DNA of 64,000 bases from a virus (Duplodnaviria; Caudoviricetes). Shown here one piece after another: positions 18,607-26,862 of this stretch (position 1 is its first letter; each line of letters begins with the position of its first letter). The stretch is from the IMG/VR virus record IMGVR_UViG_3300033802_000250. One strand, given 5' to 3'. The notes under the pieces are model-generated. The model saw only the letters and a list, made by a program, of their open reading frames with translations, ran no database searches and was not told the origin of the DNA. The position numbers and the translations under genes were made by a program.

Positions 18607-19695
18607 ATGGCGATCAAAGAACCGCTTGGTGTGCGATATACGAAAACCCGGGTCAACTACCAACTGTTTCCCGAGGAGTTCTTCGCTTCGTCCGACGTGT
18701 CGATTTATTTCAATGATGTGTGGGTGGACGACATCTCCGGGTTTCAGTTTGAACTCACCGAGATGGTGAAGCCGGTTTACGGGTACGCCTCCAAGACATG
18801 GGACTACATCATGCGCGGCAAACGCATGATTCGCGGCACCTTCCGTATTGCCTTCCGGGAGGCGGGATATCTGTTTACGATCTTCGACCACATCGGGCAG
18901 TTGGTGGGCCGTGACGGTAAAAACGTGGCCCCGGCTATCGCCTATGCTTTGCAGGGTCAACAACCGCCCAAATGGTACGGCCAAGCCAAACAACGGATCG
19001 AAGATATCCTCCGATACTGGCATGAGGAAAAAGATCTGCCCATAACCGGCGTAACAGAGACCCTCATTCCACCGTGGCCGGAAAACGTTCTGAAGCGGGG
19101 GATGACCGGCAACAGTGTACGTATCCTTCAGCAATGGCTGACGTATGAGGGGTACTACAATGGGCCGATCAACGGAATCTTCGATGAGGCGACGGAAAAC
19201 GCCGTCAAAACCAAACAGCGCCGTCGGGGTGAACCGCAGGATGGTATCGTCGGAGCCGCCATCAAGCGGGATTACTCCAAGAAGGAGTACAAATCCGCCA
19301 CAACACCGGCGGCCCTCGCGAAAGATGCCAATGGATGGGCAGAGCCCCGTATGGTACAATATGAAATGGAAATATGGGGAAGACCGTTCGTACAAGGCGC
19401 GGAAGACGTTCGCAAGCACGAATCGTTCTTCTGGCGCGGACGCACAACGGATGTCAACGGCCTGCATACGCAAGGTCTGATGCAAAAAGGCATTGACATC
19501 TACATCAACTACGGCCCCCTGCCGGAGTTTGTTCAGGCCAAGATGCAGAAGATTACGGAGGAGGTCGCCAGCTTCAATACGACCGTGCGGGCGATTCGCA
19601 ACGTACAACTTACCAATCTCGGCCAGATCATCGACTCCCGGACAGGGGAACCGATTGAAGAAGTCTACGAGTTTATTGCGCAGGATCTTGATTAA
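18607..19695 (+). CDS. Tube-fold paralog with an inserted peptidoglycan-binding (PG_binding_1-like) domain
   Basis: FASSDVSIYF..KPVYGY..RGKRMIRGTFRI..IDIYINYG..YEFIAQD tube pattern. LKRGMTGNSVRILQQWL..GYY.GPINGIFDEATENAVK..Q...G...DGIVG at about 19087-19265. Confidence 0.7.
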   Translation: MAIKEPLGVRYTKTRVNYQLFPEEFFASSDVSIYFNDVWVDDISGFQFELTEMVKPVYGYASKTWDYIMRGKRMIRGTFRIAFREAGYLFTIFDHIGQLVGRDGKNVAPAIAYALQGQQPPKWYGQAKQRIEDILRYWHEEKDLPITGVTETLIPPWPENVLKRGMTGNSVRILQQWLTYEGYYNGPINGIFDEATENAVKTKQRRRGEPQDGIVGAAIKRDYSKKEYKSATTPAALAKDANGWAEPRMVQYEMEIWGRPFVQGAEDVRKHESFFWRGRTTDVNGLHTQGLMQKGIDIYINYGPLPEFVQAKMQKITEEVASFNTTVRAIRNVQLTNLGQIIDSRTGEPIEEVYEFIAQDLD

Positions 19696-19729
19696 GTCAA
19701 TTCTGACAATGTAAGAGAGGGGAATCGGT

Positions 19730-20440
19730 ATGTCGTTTCTTCCACCGAAAGACAAAATGAACGAAGGAGCCGGAAAGCGCCCGGATGGCCGCTATAAACG
19801 TCGGGATGAACTGGAGCAACAAGGGGAAGACGAAGCTCAAAATCTCGACAACCACACCCTGCGGGTCGGCGGATTCGGGCCGCCACAATATGGCGAAGAA
19901 TCGCAATCGCAACGGCGACCGACGTATGACGAAGAACAGCTTCGTCGCGCATACCAAAACTTCTCCGACGAAGAAACCGAAGGCGATGAGGATCTGATCG
20001 GCGACGAAGACGACGAGGAGGATTACGATGAGGGCGACGAGTACCTCGATGATGTTGCGCCTCAATCCCTCCGTCAACCGGGCGGCGCGTTTTTGCAGGA
20101 TGAACCTCTGTTCCCGGGCGGGCCGATGGTCTCTGAAGTCAACTCGTGGAAAAAGCAGTTTGAAGTCGATGGACACGTCATCATGATGTCCGACGACATC
20201 GGCGGAGAAACGTTCATCTGGCGCACGCTGAGCCGGACGGAATACCGGGAGATCATGAATCTGCCGAACACCGATCCGCTTCAACGCGAAGAAATCATCT
20301 GCGAAATTTGCGTCTTGTTCCCGTACAACTACAAGTTCGATACGATGGCAAGCCGCAAGGCCGGAATCCCGGCGGTACTCGCGGAGCAAATTCTGCACGA
20401 ATCAGGATTCAAGAAACCGTCACCTCCGATCAGATTGTAG
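19730..20440 (+). CDS. Tail assembly chaperone-like protein 1 with an acidic disordered N-terminus
   Basis: Position between tube genes and tape-measure-like genes. FIWRTLSRTEYREI..CVLFP..LAEQILHESGF; D/E tract. Confidence 0.6.
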   Translation: MSFLPPKDKMNEGAGKRPDGRYKRRDELEQQGEDEAQNLDNHTLRVGGFGPPQYGEESQSQRRPTYDEEQLRRAYQNFSDEETEGDEDLIGDEDDEEDYDEGDEYLDDVAPQSLRQPGGAFLQDEPLFPGGPMVSEVNSWKKQFEVDGHVIMMSDDIGGETFIWRTLSRTEYREIMNLPNTDPLQREEIICEICVLFPYNYKFDTMASRKAGIPAVLAEQILHESGFKKPSPPIRL

Positions 20441-20450
20441 GTGATGCTCG

Positions 20451-21263
20451 GTGGATCAAGAAGAACTGGAGAGAATGCTTCTTCGGTTCCGCAACCAGTA
20501 CGGTGAAGTCTATGTCACAGCCATTGGTGATGTGGAATTTGTCTTCCGGGCTTTGACACCGAAAGAGCATCGGGAGATCGCCGAGTTCGCGGAAAATGAA
20601 GACGACGCATTCGAGCGCATCTGTAATACCGCCGTGCTGTGGCCCAAGATCGACTTTACCCGGGGCCGCGCGTATTGGCCTACGATGCTGGCCCCGCAAA
20701 TCCTTGAGGAATCCGGCTTCGGCGGAAACTACAAAGAGATCCAGTTGCTTGAGATCTTTCGTGAGCAACTGAAAGGCTTTGATAAACAAGCCGAAATCCT
20801 CATCGCCACGGCGTTTCCTCAATACCGCTTTGAGGAGATTGAGACGTGGACGAAGGAAAAGCTGATCAAAATGGCTGTCGCCGCAGAATGGCAATTGCGT
20901 TATCTGCGCGGACTGAAAGACTTTGAATTGATCCCGACTGTCCAGCAGGAGCCGGATGTTGATGGCGAAGTTCAGGAAGAACAACCGTTTGACATCATGG
21001 AGAAGGCTTGGGAACTCAGGCGCAGGGGCCAAGATCCGCTCTTTGTGCTTCGTGATTTGATCCAGAAGCCAAAGCCTCCATTCGTCGAGCGCCCGATCAT
21101 CGGCGGCAACCAACAGATCGACACGATCATTGGCGGTATCGACGCATGGAAAAAGGAGGTTCTCCCTCGTGGCAGATACGACATTATACAAAAACAGGTA
21201 CAGGAAGTATCTCGAAGACGACGCAGACACGTATCTCGGCGAAAAGACGCCGACCAGCACTAA
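20451..21263 (+). CDS. Tail assembly chaperone-like protein 2 (paralog of the preceding gene)
   Basis: FVFRALTPKEHREI..AVLWP..LAPQILEESGF. Confidence 0.6.
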   Translation: MDQEELERMLLRFRNQYGEVYVTAIGDVEFVFRALTPKEHREIAEFAENEDDAFERICNTAVLWPKIDFTRGRAYWPTMLAPQILEESGFGGNYKEIQLLEIFREQLKGFDKQAEILIATAFPQYRFEEIETWTKEKLIKMAVAAEWQLRYLRGLKDFELIPTVQQEPDVDGEVQEEQPFDIMEKAWELRRRGQDPLFVLRDLIQKPKPPFVERPIIGGNQQIDTIIGGIDAWKKEVLPRGRYDIIQKQVQEVSRRRRRHVSRRKDADQH

Positions 21264-24200
21264 GTTCATCATGGGAGGAGTTGCCGCCGTGGGCCTAGCC
21301 TTCGGCGGCCTTCACGCATTTAACAGCGGTATGCTCCGTGACATCATGCATTCGACCATCCTGCGTGCCGGACGCTATCGCCGTGGCCGCGTAACGGCAC
21401 TCAATCAGTCACTCCGCCGGTGGTCTGAAGATGACGGGTGGACTGGACTCAGTCAAGCGCTGAAGGATGCAATCAAGGGCAATCTCAACTCCGCAAAAAC
21501 CAATATGAACCGGTTTATCGAAACGATGGGCCGGGCGCGAAATTACGCGGAGGATGGCCTGATTGAACATCAGCGCCGGATGGAAAGGATCATGAACAGC
21601 CAACTCGTTGATAAGGAGTACGAGGCGTTCCGCCTGCATTCCAACTACAATGAGATTCTGCGACAAATGCGCGAGCAGGGCATTGACGAGGGAAGCAGAG
21701 CATACCGCTTTGCGGCAGAGCGGATGAGAGACTTCCGCGTGAAGTACACGACGCTCGATGACAAGTGGGAAGCATTGCAGATGCATCGCACCGGATTCCG
21801 TCATGCGACGATCAACGATTTGATTAGGGCAGGCGAACTCAGCCTCGATGAGCCGTGGGTCAAAGAAGGTATGGAGCTTTTCCGGCAGGCAACCGGCAAA
21901 GCGGAAAACTTCCTCACCAGTCGCGCCGACCGGAATATCCTGATCGACATGGACGGCAATATCGCCGATCTGCGCGATTTCCGCAAAACGTTTGTCGGCT
22001 TTATCGAAAGCATTACAACCGACTTCACGATTCCGCTGATCAAAATCAACCCGCTTCGGATGTTCTATCTGGATCTGTTCTTCAGAACCGAGGACAAGCC
22101 GTTCTTCTATCTGGCAAAGCCGTCGCATCGCAATCCAATTGTAACCGGCCACAATGGGGCGGCCAACACGCCGCTGTTCTTTGTGGACGGTAAGGTGTAC
22201 GACATGTTGCCAGCGGATAGCGATCTGCCGAAACAAGTTGCCCAAGGTGTCTTTTTGGCGGACGCCCGGCGTGGGCCGGTGGCTCGGCTTTTGCGGAATA
22301 TGTCGGGCATCAGTATCTCGAAATTCAACAGACCGGAAGCCAACGCGCCATTTTGGGTGCGGGCTCGATACAACCTTCAATCATTCTTGGGACTCGGCCA
22401 GCAGGATGAGCCGGGCGGCAAGTTCGACTTCTTCGATATGACCAGTTGGGGTCAGTCGTTCATGAACTTCTTCACGAAGCGTCTCCAGATGACAAAGTAT
22501 CAAGTGCGGGATGATTATCTGTCCGATGCGTTCGGCGAAGGTGCGCAGTACATCTTCTTCCACAAGCCGAAATCGTGGAATGAATACGACAACATCAAGG
22601 ATTTCTTGGGGCAATTGACGGCGGGCCGAAAGGATTTGACGAAGGTTACAGTAGCATCGCTGTTCCCATACGGTTTTGTGGAGCGCCTTAACGCAACGCT
22701 CAATCAAGTCTATCTCGGACTTCCGAACTCCGATTTGGGAAGCGCGTTCGATATCTTTAAGAACCTGATGCTCAAACGCATCATGCCGATTTGGGCAGGA
22801 TACGAACTGTTTCAGTACGTCAACTACGAATCGGAGAATTTTACCGGAGAGCAATTCAGCGACCGGTTTGCAAAGATGTACGCCCATACCTCTGTCGAGA
22901 TCGCACGTTTGCGGGATAAGCTCGGGATTACCGAATGGGCAAAAGGCGTATCGCCGCTACTTGTTGGTGGCGAACAGATTACGGAGTTCCCGGTTATTGG
23001 CCGGTTCTTTGACTGGAACGACAGCGAAGAAGAAACGAAGGAGTATTGGGAATCCGGCATGGATCCGGTTCGCAAAGGACGTTGGTGGCCGCTTGGCAAT
23101 ACGCCATACACGGGCGGCAAGATCGACTACTTCCAACCGAACTGGGTTCGCCGCGTGCTGGCGGATGCTAAGTTCAGCGACACGATGTATGGTAGCCGGG
23201 ACGAATACTTCGCCCATAGCTGGATGCCGACGCCACGATATCCGCTGGCACCGATTCGGCACTTCTTCACGGATCCGTATCATTGGGAGGAGAAGCATTA
23301 CTACGACCGTCCGTATCCGGTGACAGGCGGTATCCCGGAACTGGAGGAGTTTCCGCTCATCGGCCCGGTTCTCAATTCGACGGTCGGCGCGATCCTGAAA
23401 CCGCAACGCCGGATGCACATGGAGTATTGGGAAGGCCAACCGGAGGATTTGCAGGAGGCTGTTCCGGTTGCCAGCTTCGCGCCGGTTACGCCGGAGCTTC
23501 AGCGGGACTTTGTAATGGGAACCGGAATGTTTGGAGCCGCCGGAGGTGGAACAGGGCCTACGGTATCCATTCCGGCATCGACCATGCAAGCTGTCCAGCC
23601 GGTCATGGCGGCATATGTTACGGCCAGCGGACAGGTTCAACTGATTTCGACAGACGACCAAGAAAACATCCAGTACGCCCGACAAATCATGCAGGATCGC
23701 TCTCCGCTTTATACCGGACGCTTCCGGCAGGAGAACCTTCCGCAACCCGGAGATGTGCCGGATGATTCGATCCCGGTATTTCCGGGTGCATTGTCGCAAG
23801 TTGTTGGCAACCTGCACTATAACGTTTCGGAAATGGGCGGCTTCTACGGCTTCATGGGTACGTCGGTCACGGGCGAACTGTTCGATGATCGTCCCGTGTT
23901 GCAATCGTCGTCTGAAATCTCGTCGTACACCCGTGCGTTTTGGGATATGGACATTGGCGGTTACGGCGGCGACGCGAACGAAATCTTCCGGCGTTTCCTG
24001 CCAAAAGAACGCAGGCTGAATGAAGTGAACCCGATTCGCAACCGGATGCCGGACTGGCTCCCGGGGCAGGATTACTTCATCGACTTCCAGCGTGGCGATC
24101 CTTACGTCAAGATCAAGAAGGGTGAAATCCGCTTGCCGGGCGAAGCCTACGAGCGGATGTACAACATCGACACCGACAAAATGCTCCGCATGGAGATCGG

Positions 24201-26823
24201 CGCGTCGTTTATCGGGTACGACCCGCAAACAATCCGCGAACACATGCTGTACATGGATGCCGTCAAAGAAGAATCCTTCAAGCGCAAGCTGGATTTCGGT
24301 ACGGACTGGCACAAGGCGTGGGAGAAGCAAATGGCCGAATCCGGCATTGCGATCAGCATGGAGGGTTATGTTAAGGACGAAAGAGCAGGGATCAGCGGAT
24401 TCTATGACCTGTATGGCGATCACGAGAAGATCCTCGACTACCTGTTTGCGAATGCGGCGGAGTTCACCTATTTTGGCCCGACCTATGTTCCCGATCCGTC
24501 CGGGCAAGGCTTGCAACCGGACGAGAACCTCGGCGGCTTCTACTACGAAGGAAGCGTCATAGACTTGACCGATGAGGAGTCCCGGGAGCAGTTCAAAGAG
24601 TTCGCGTTGACACAAGGCCAATACGCGCTGATTGACCCGAAAACGCGGAGCCCGTGGGAATGGGAAAACGGGACGGTGCATTTCGAGAACATTCAGCAGG
24701 TCAACTTCTATGCGCAACATATGCAGACGCCAATCAACTATCTGATTCATGTGGATCGGGAAAACCCGGATCGCGGCTTCAAAGTATATGCCTTTGGCGC
24801 GAACCCGGAACTGTATGACTACAGTGTCGCAAAGGTCGAAGCGGTACGGGAGGGAATACGACAGGATATTGAATCGGGCAGACTGTCGCGCGGCGACCTA
24901 TACCGCCCGATTGACCGATACCGGATTCTCGCCGATGTTGCGCCGTATTCGCAGGAGTTCCGCAACCTGAAGTCTCAGCTTGCGATGATGGATCTGACGG
25001 AGGAGGAACAGGAGGAAATCCGGCGCATCAACGAAATGGTGTCGCAACGCAAACAGCGTCTTCGGCTGTATCCGTACCGGTTCACAACGGCCAATCTGGA
25101 GAACGCATTCGTCACGGTAGATCAGGTGATCGACAGCAATACGTTCACAACTCTGGAGTTCCCGGACAATCCCATTCGGCTGGCTGGACTCAGGGTGCCC
25201 GTCGGTCAAGACGATCCGGTGGCGCAACAAGCGCGTGAAGTGATTGACTCTGTTATCAAGCCGGGCAAGCGTTTGCGGATTGCTATCGACGCCGACGAAC
25301 TAAACCGCGTGAAGGATGACACCTACCAAACAATTCAGGCCGTGGTGTACGACCGCAAAGATCGCAATCTGAACTACTACCTGATTCAGCAGGGGCTCGC
25401 CAAGGAGAAAGAGGAGGATTATTCTCCTGCGGCGGTACACGCCCGCTTCACGCCTCGGGAGATCGCGTTCGGATCATTATGGGAACGGTTTGCCCATATG
25501 GATACGATCATCCACACGAAGTTCCTTCAAGTGCGCTCGCCGCTGGAAAGCTACGAGCGGCGGGAAGTCTACGGCAAGGACTGGCAGGAATGGACAGATC
25601 CTATTGCCGACTACCTGATTCCGGCAATCCAGAACGCGATGGTTCACCATCCGATTTTTGCAATTGCCGGGGGCGCATTCATCGGTGCCGCTTTCGGTTC
25701 TTTGAAGTCTGGTGACATCGGATATACCGGCGAGCGTATCGTCGCCCGGTATGGAAAGATCGTCGGCGGCGTACTCGGCGCATCGGTAATGGGTACGGCG
25801 GTCATGTACCGGATGTTGTACGAGGAGATTAACAACGAGGCATGGATTCCGAAGCGTCGGAGAAAAGAAAGGGAAACAGAAGAATACTTCGATATCCTGA
25901 AGTATATCAAGTACAACAAGCTGTTCGAGGAATACGCAAAAGCCGCCAAGGAACAAGAAGGCTTTGATGTCAAAGCGTACATCGAGCAGGAGAGCCGGGA
26001 AGGCCAACTGCGAGAACAGCGTGTGAAGGATCTCGAAGACATCAAGCGGCTAATCTATCGCTCGCGACAAAATCAATGGCCGGAAATCCAAGAACGACTT
26101 CGTGAATTGGGCATTGATGCAGAAGACCGCGAATCCGCCATGAAGGAAATCAACCGGGAGCTTGCGGCGCTGAAACAGCACCGGGAGATCCGTCCGGTGA
26201 CGCCGCTTGCGGCACGCGCGATTCTGTACCATCAGGCCGCCAGCAAGACCATGTATGGCTACAAGCCGGGTGATCCGGTCGCCAACGTGCTTGCCGCTCT
26301 GCCGAAAAAGGAGCGGGATTACCTCGTTCCGTTTATCGAAGCGCCGGAGGAAGAACGCCAGCGCATTCTGGATGTCGTTCCAAGCTATGTACGCCGTGTT
26401 CTGCAATCGGCGTGGGGGCTTCCGGTGGATGAGAAGATCAGCTTGCAGAAATACTTCGAGTCGCATCCGCTCCCCGGCCCGGGATGGGAAGGCTGGCGCG
26501 AGAATGTCTCCATCGACGACATCAAGGTGAAGTTTGTGGATCGCGTCGGTCTCGACCCGTCCGAGTTCGACATCTGGCCGCAAGACAAACAACGGGCCGA
26601 GATGGTCGATGCTCCGGTTCCGAACGTCTTCGGCGGATGGGAGACCGCCAGCAGTTACGCTGAAAAGATTCGCGGTATTTTGCAGGGAGCGGGACTGGAC
26701 GAGATTGAAGTTGACATCGTAGAATCAAATAGAGAAGGTATTCAGGTCGATATGGACATCCGCAAGGATCGCCGCGAGGAGTTCAAGCGACTGGTGAATA
26801 CGCAGGGGCAGTACGTTATCTAA
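21169..26823 (+). CDS. Giant tape-measure-position protein 1 with TM segments, a PD-(D/E)XK (RecB/Cas4-like) nuclease domain and a degenerate SNase fold
   Basis: Likely GTG start at 21169 after AAGGAGGT (track start 21130). GTDWH..E..GISGFYD..IDPKT..QVNFY at about 24295-24770. VIDSNTF..IRLAG..NLNYYLIQQGLA at about 25105-25410. Gly-rich hydrophobic segments at the N-terminus and about 25650-25815. Confidence 0.65.
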   Translation: MADTTLYKNRYRKYLEDDADTYLGEKTPTSTKFIMGGVAAVGLAFGGLHAFNSGMLRDIMHSTILRAGRYRRGRVTALNQSLRRWSEDDGWTGLSQALKDAIKGNLNSAKTNMNRFIETMGRARNYAEDGLIEHQRRMERIMNSQLVDKEYEAFRLHSNYNEILRQMREQGIDEGSRAYRFAAERMRDFRVKYTTLDDKWEALQMHRTGFRHATINDLIRAGELSLDEPWVKEGMELFRQATGKAENFLTSRADRNILIDMDGNIADLRDFRKTFVGFIESITTDFTIPLIKINPLRMFYLDLFFRTEDKPFFYLAKPSHRNPIVTGHNGAANTPLFFVDGKVYDMLPADSDLPKQVAQGVFLADARRGPVARLLRNMSGISISKFNRPEANAPFWVRARYNLQSFLGLGQQDEPGGKFDFFDMTSWGQSFMNFFTKRLQMTKYQVRDDYLSDAFGEGAQYIFFHKPKSWNEYDNIKDFLGQLTAGRKDLTKVTVASLFPYGFVERLNATLNQVYLGLPNSDLGSAFDIFKNLMLKRIMPIWAGYELFQYVNYESENFTGEQFSDRFAKMYAHTSVEIARLRDKLGITEWAKGVSPLLVGGEQITEFPVIGRFFDWNDSEEETKEYWESGMDPVRKGRWWPLGNTPYTGGKIDYFQPNWVRRVLADAKFSDTMYGSRDEYFAHSWMPTPRYPLAPIRHFFTDPYHWEEKHYYDRPYPVTGGIPELEEFPLIGPVLNSTVGAILKPQRRMHMEYWEGQPEDLQEAVPVASFAPVTPELQRDFVMGTGMFGAAGGGTGPTVSIPASTMQAVQPVMAAYVTASGQVQLISTDDQENIQYARQIMQDRSPLYTGRFRQENLPQPGDVPDDSIPVFPGALSQVVGNLHYNVSEMGGFYGFMGTSVTGELFDDRPVLQSSSEISSYTRAFWDMDIGGYGGDANEIFRRFLPKERRLNEVNPIRNRMPDWLPGQDYFIDFQRGDPYVKIKKGEIRLPGEAYERMYNIDTDKMLRMEIGASFIGYDPQTIREHMLYMDAVKEESFKRKLDFGTDWHKAWEKQMAESGIAISMEGYVKDERAGISGFYDLYGDHEKILDYLFANAAEFTYFGPTYVPDPSGQGLQPDENLGGFYYEGSVIDLTDEESREQFKEFALTQGQYALIDPKTRSPWEWENGTVHFENIQQVNFYAQHMQTPINYLIHVDRENPDRGFKVYAFGANPELYDYSVAKVEAVREGIRQDIESGRLSRGDLYRPIDRYRILADVAPYSQEFRNLKSQLAMMDLTEEEQEEIRRINEMVSQRKQRLRLYPYRFTTANLENAFVTVDQVIDSNTFTTLEFPDNPIRLAGLRVPVGQDDPVAQQAREVIDSVIKPGKRLRIAIDADELNRVKDDTYQTIQAVVYDRKDRNLNYYLIQQGLAKEKEEDYSPAAVHARFTPREIAFGSLWERFAHMDTIIHTKFLQVRSPLESYERREVYGKDWQEWTDPIADYLIPAIQNAMVHHPIFAIAGGAFIGAAFGSLKSGDIGYTGERIVARYGKIVGGVLGASVMGTAVMYRMLYEEINNEAWIPKRRRKERETEEYFDILKYIKYNKLFEEYAKAAKEQEGFDVKAYIEQESREGQLREQRVKDLEDIKRLIYRSRQNQWPEIQERLRELGIDAEDRESAMKEINRELAALKQHREIRPVTPLAARAILYHQAASKTMYGYKPGDPVANVLAALPKKERDYLVPFIEAPEEERQRILDVVPSYVRRVLQSAWGLPVDEKISLQKYFESHPLPGPGWEGWRENVSIDDIKVKFVDRVGLDPSEFDIWPQDKQRAEMVDAPVPNVFGGWETASSYAEKIRGILQGAGLDEIEVDIVESNREGIQVDMDIRKDRREEFKRLVNTQGQYVI

Positions 26824-26850
26824 GGAGTTCGGCAACGGACTCCTTTTCTT
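26822..26850 (+). terminator. Intrinsic terminator-like hairpin between the two giant genes
   Basis: AAGGAGTTCG-GCAA-CGGACTCCTT (10-bp stem, one G-U, GNRA loop) followed by TTCTT. Confidence 0.6.
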
Positions 26851-26862
26851 GAATGAGGAGGG

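Noticed and set aside
20400-21170. Programmed -1 frameshift in the tail chaperone genes (e.g. GAAAAAG at about 21149)
   Set aside because: Not a canonical X XXY YYZ heptamer, and each ORF has its own RBS and start.
24290-24860. CRISPR-Cas (Cas4) locus
   Set aside because: No repeat-spacer array, no other cas genes and no Fe-S cysteines; the domain is embedded in a tail protein.
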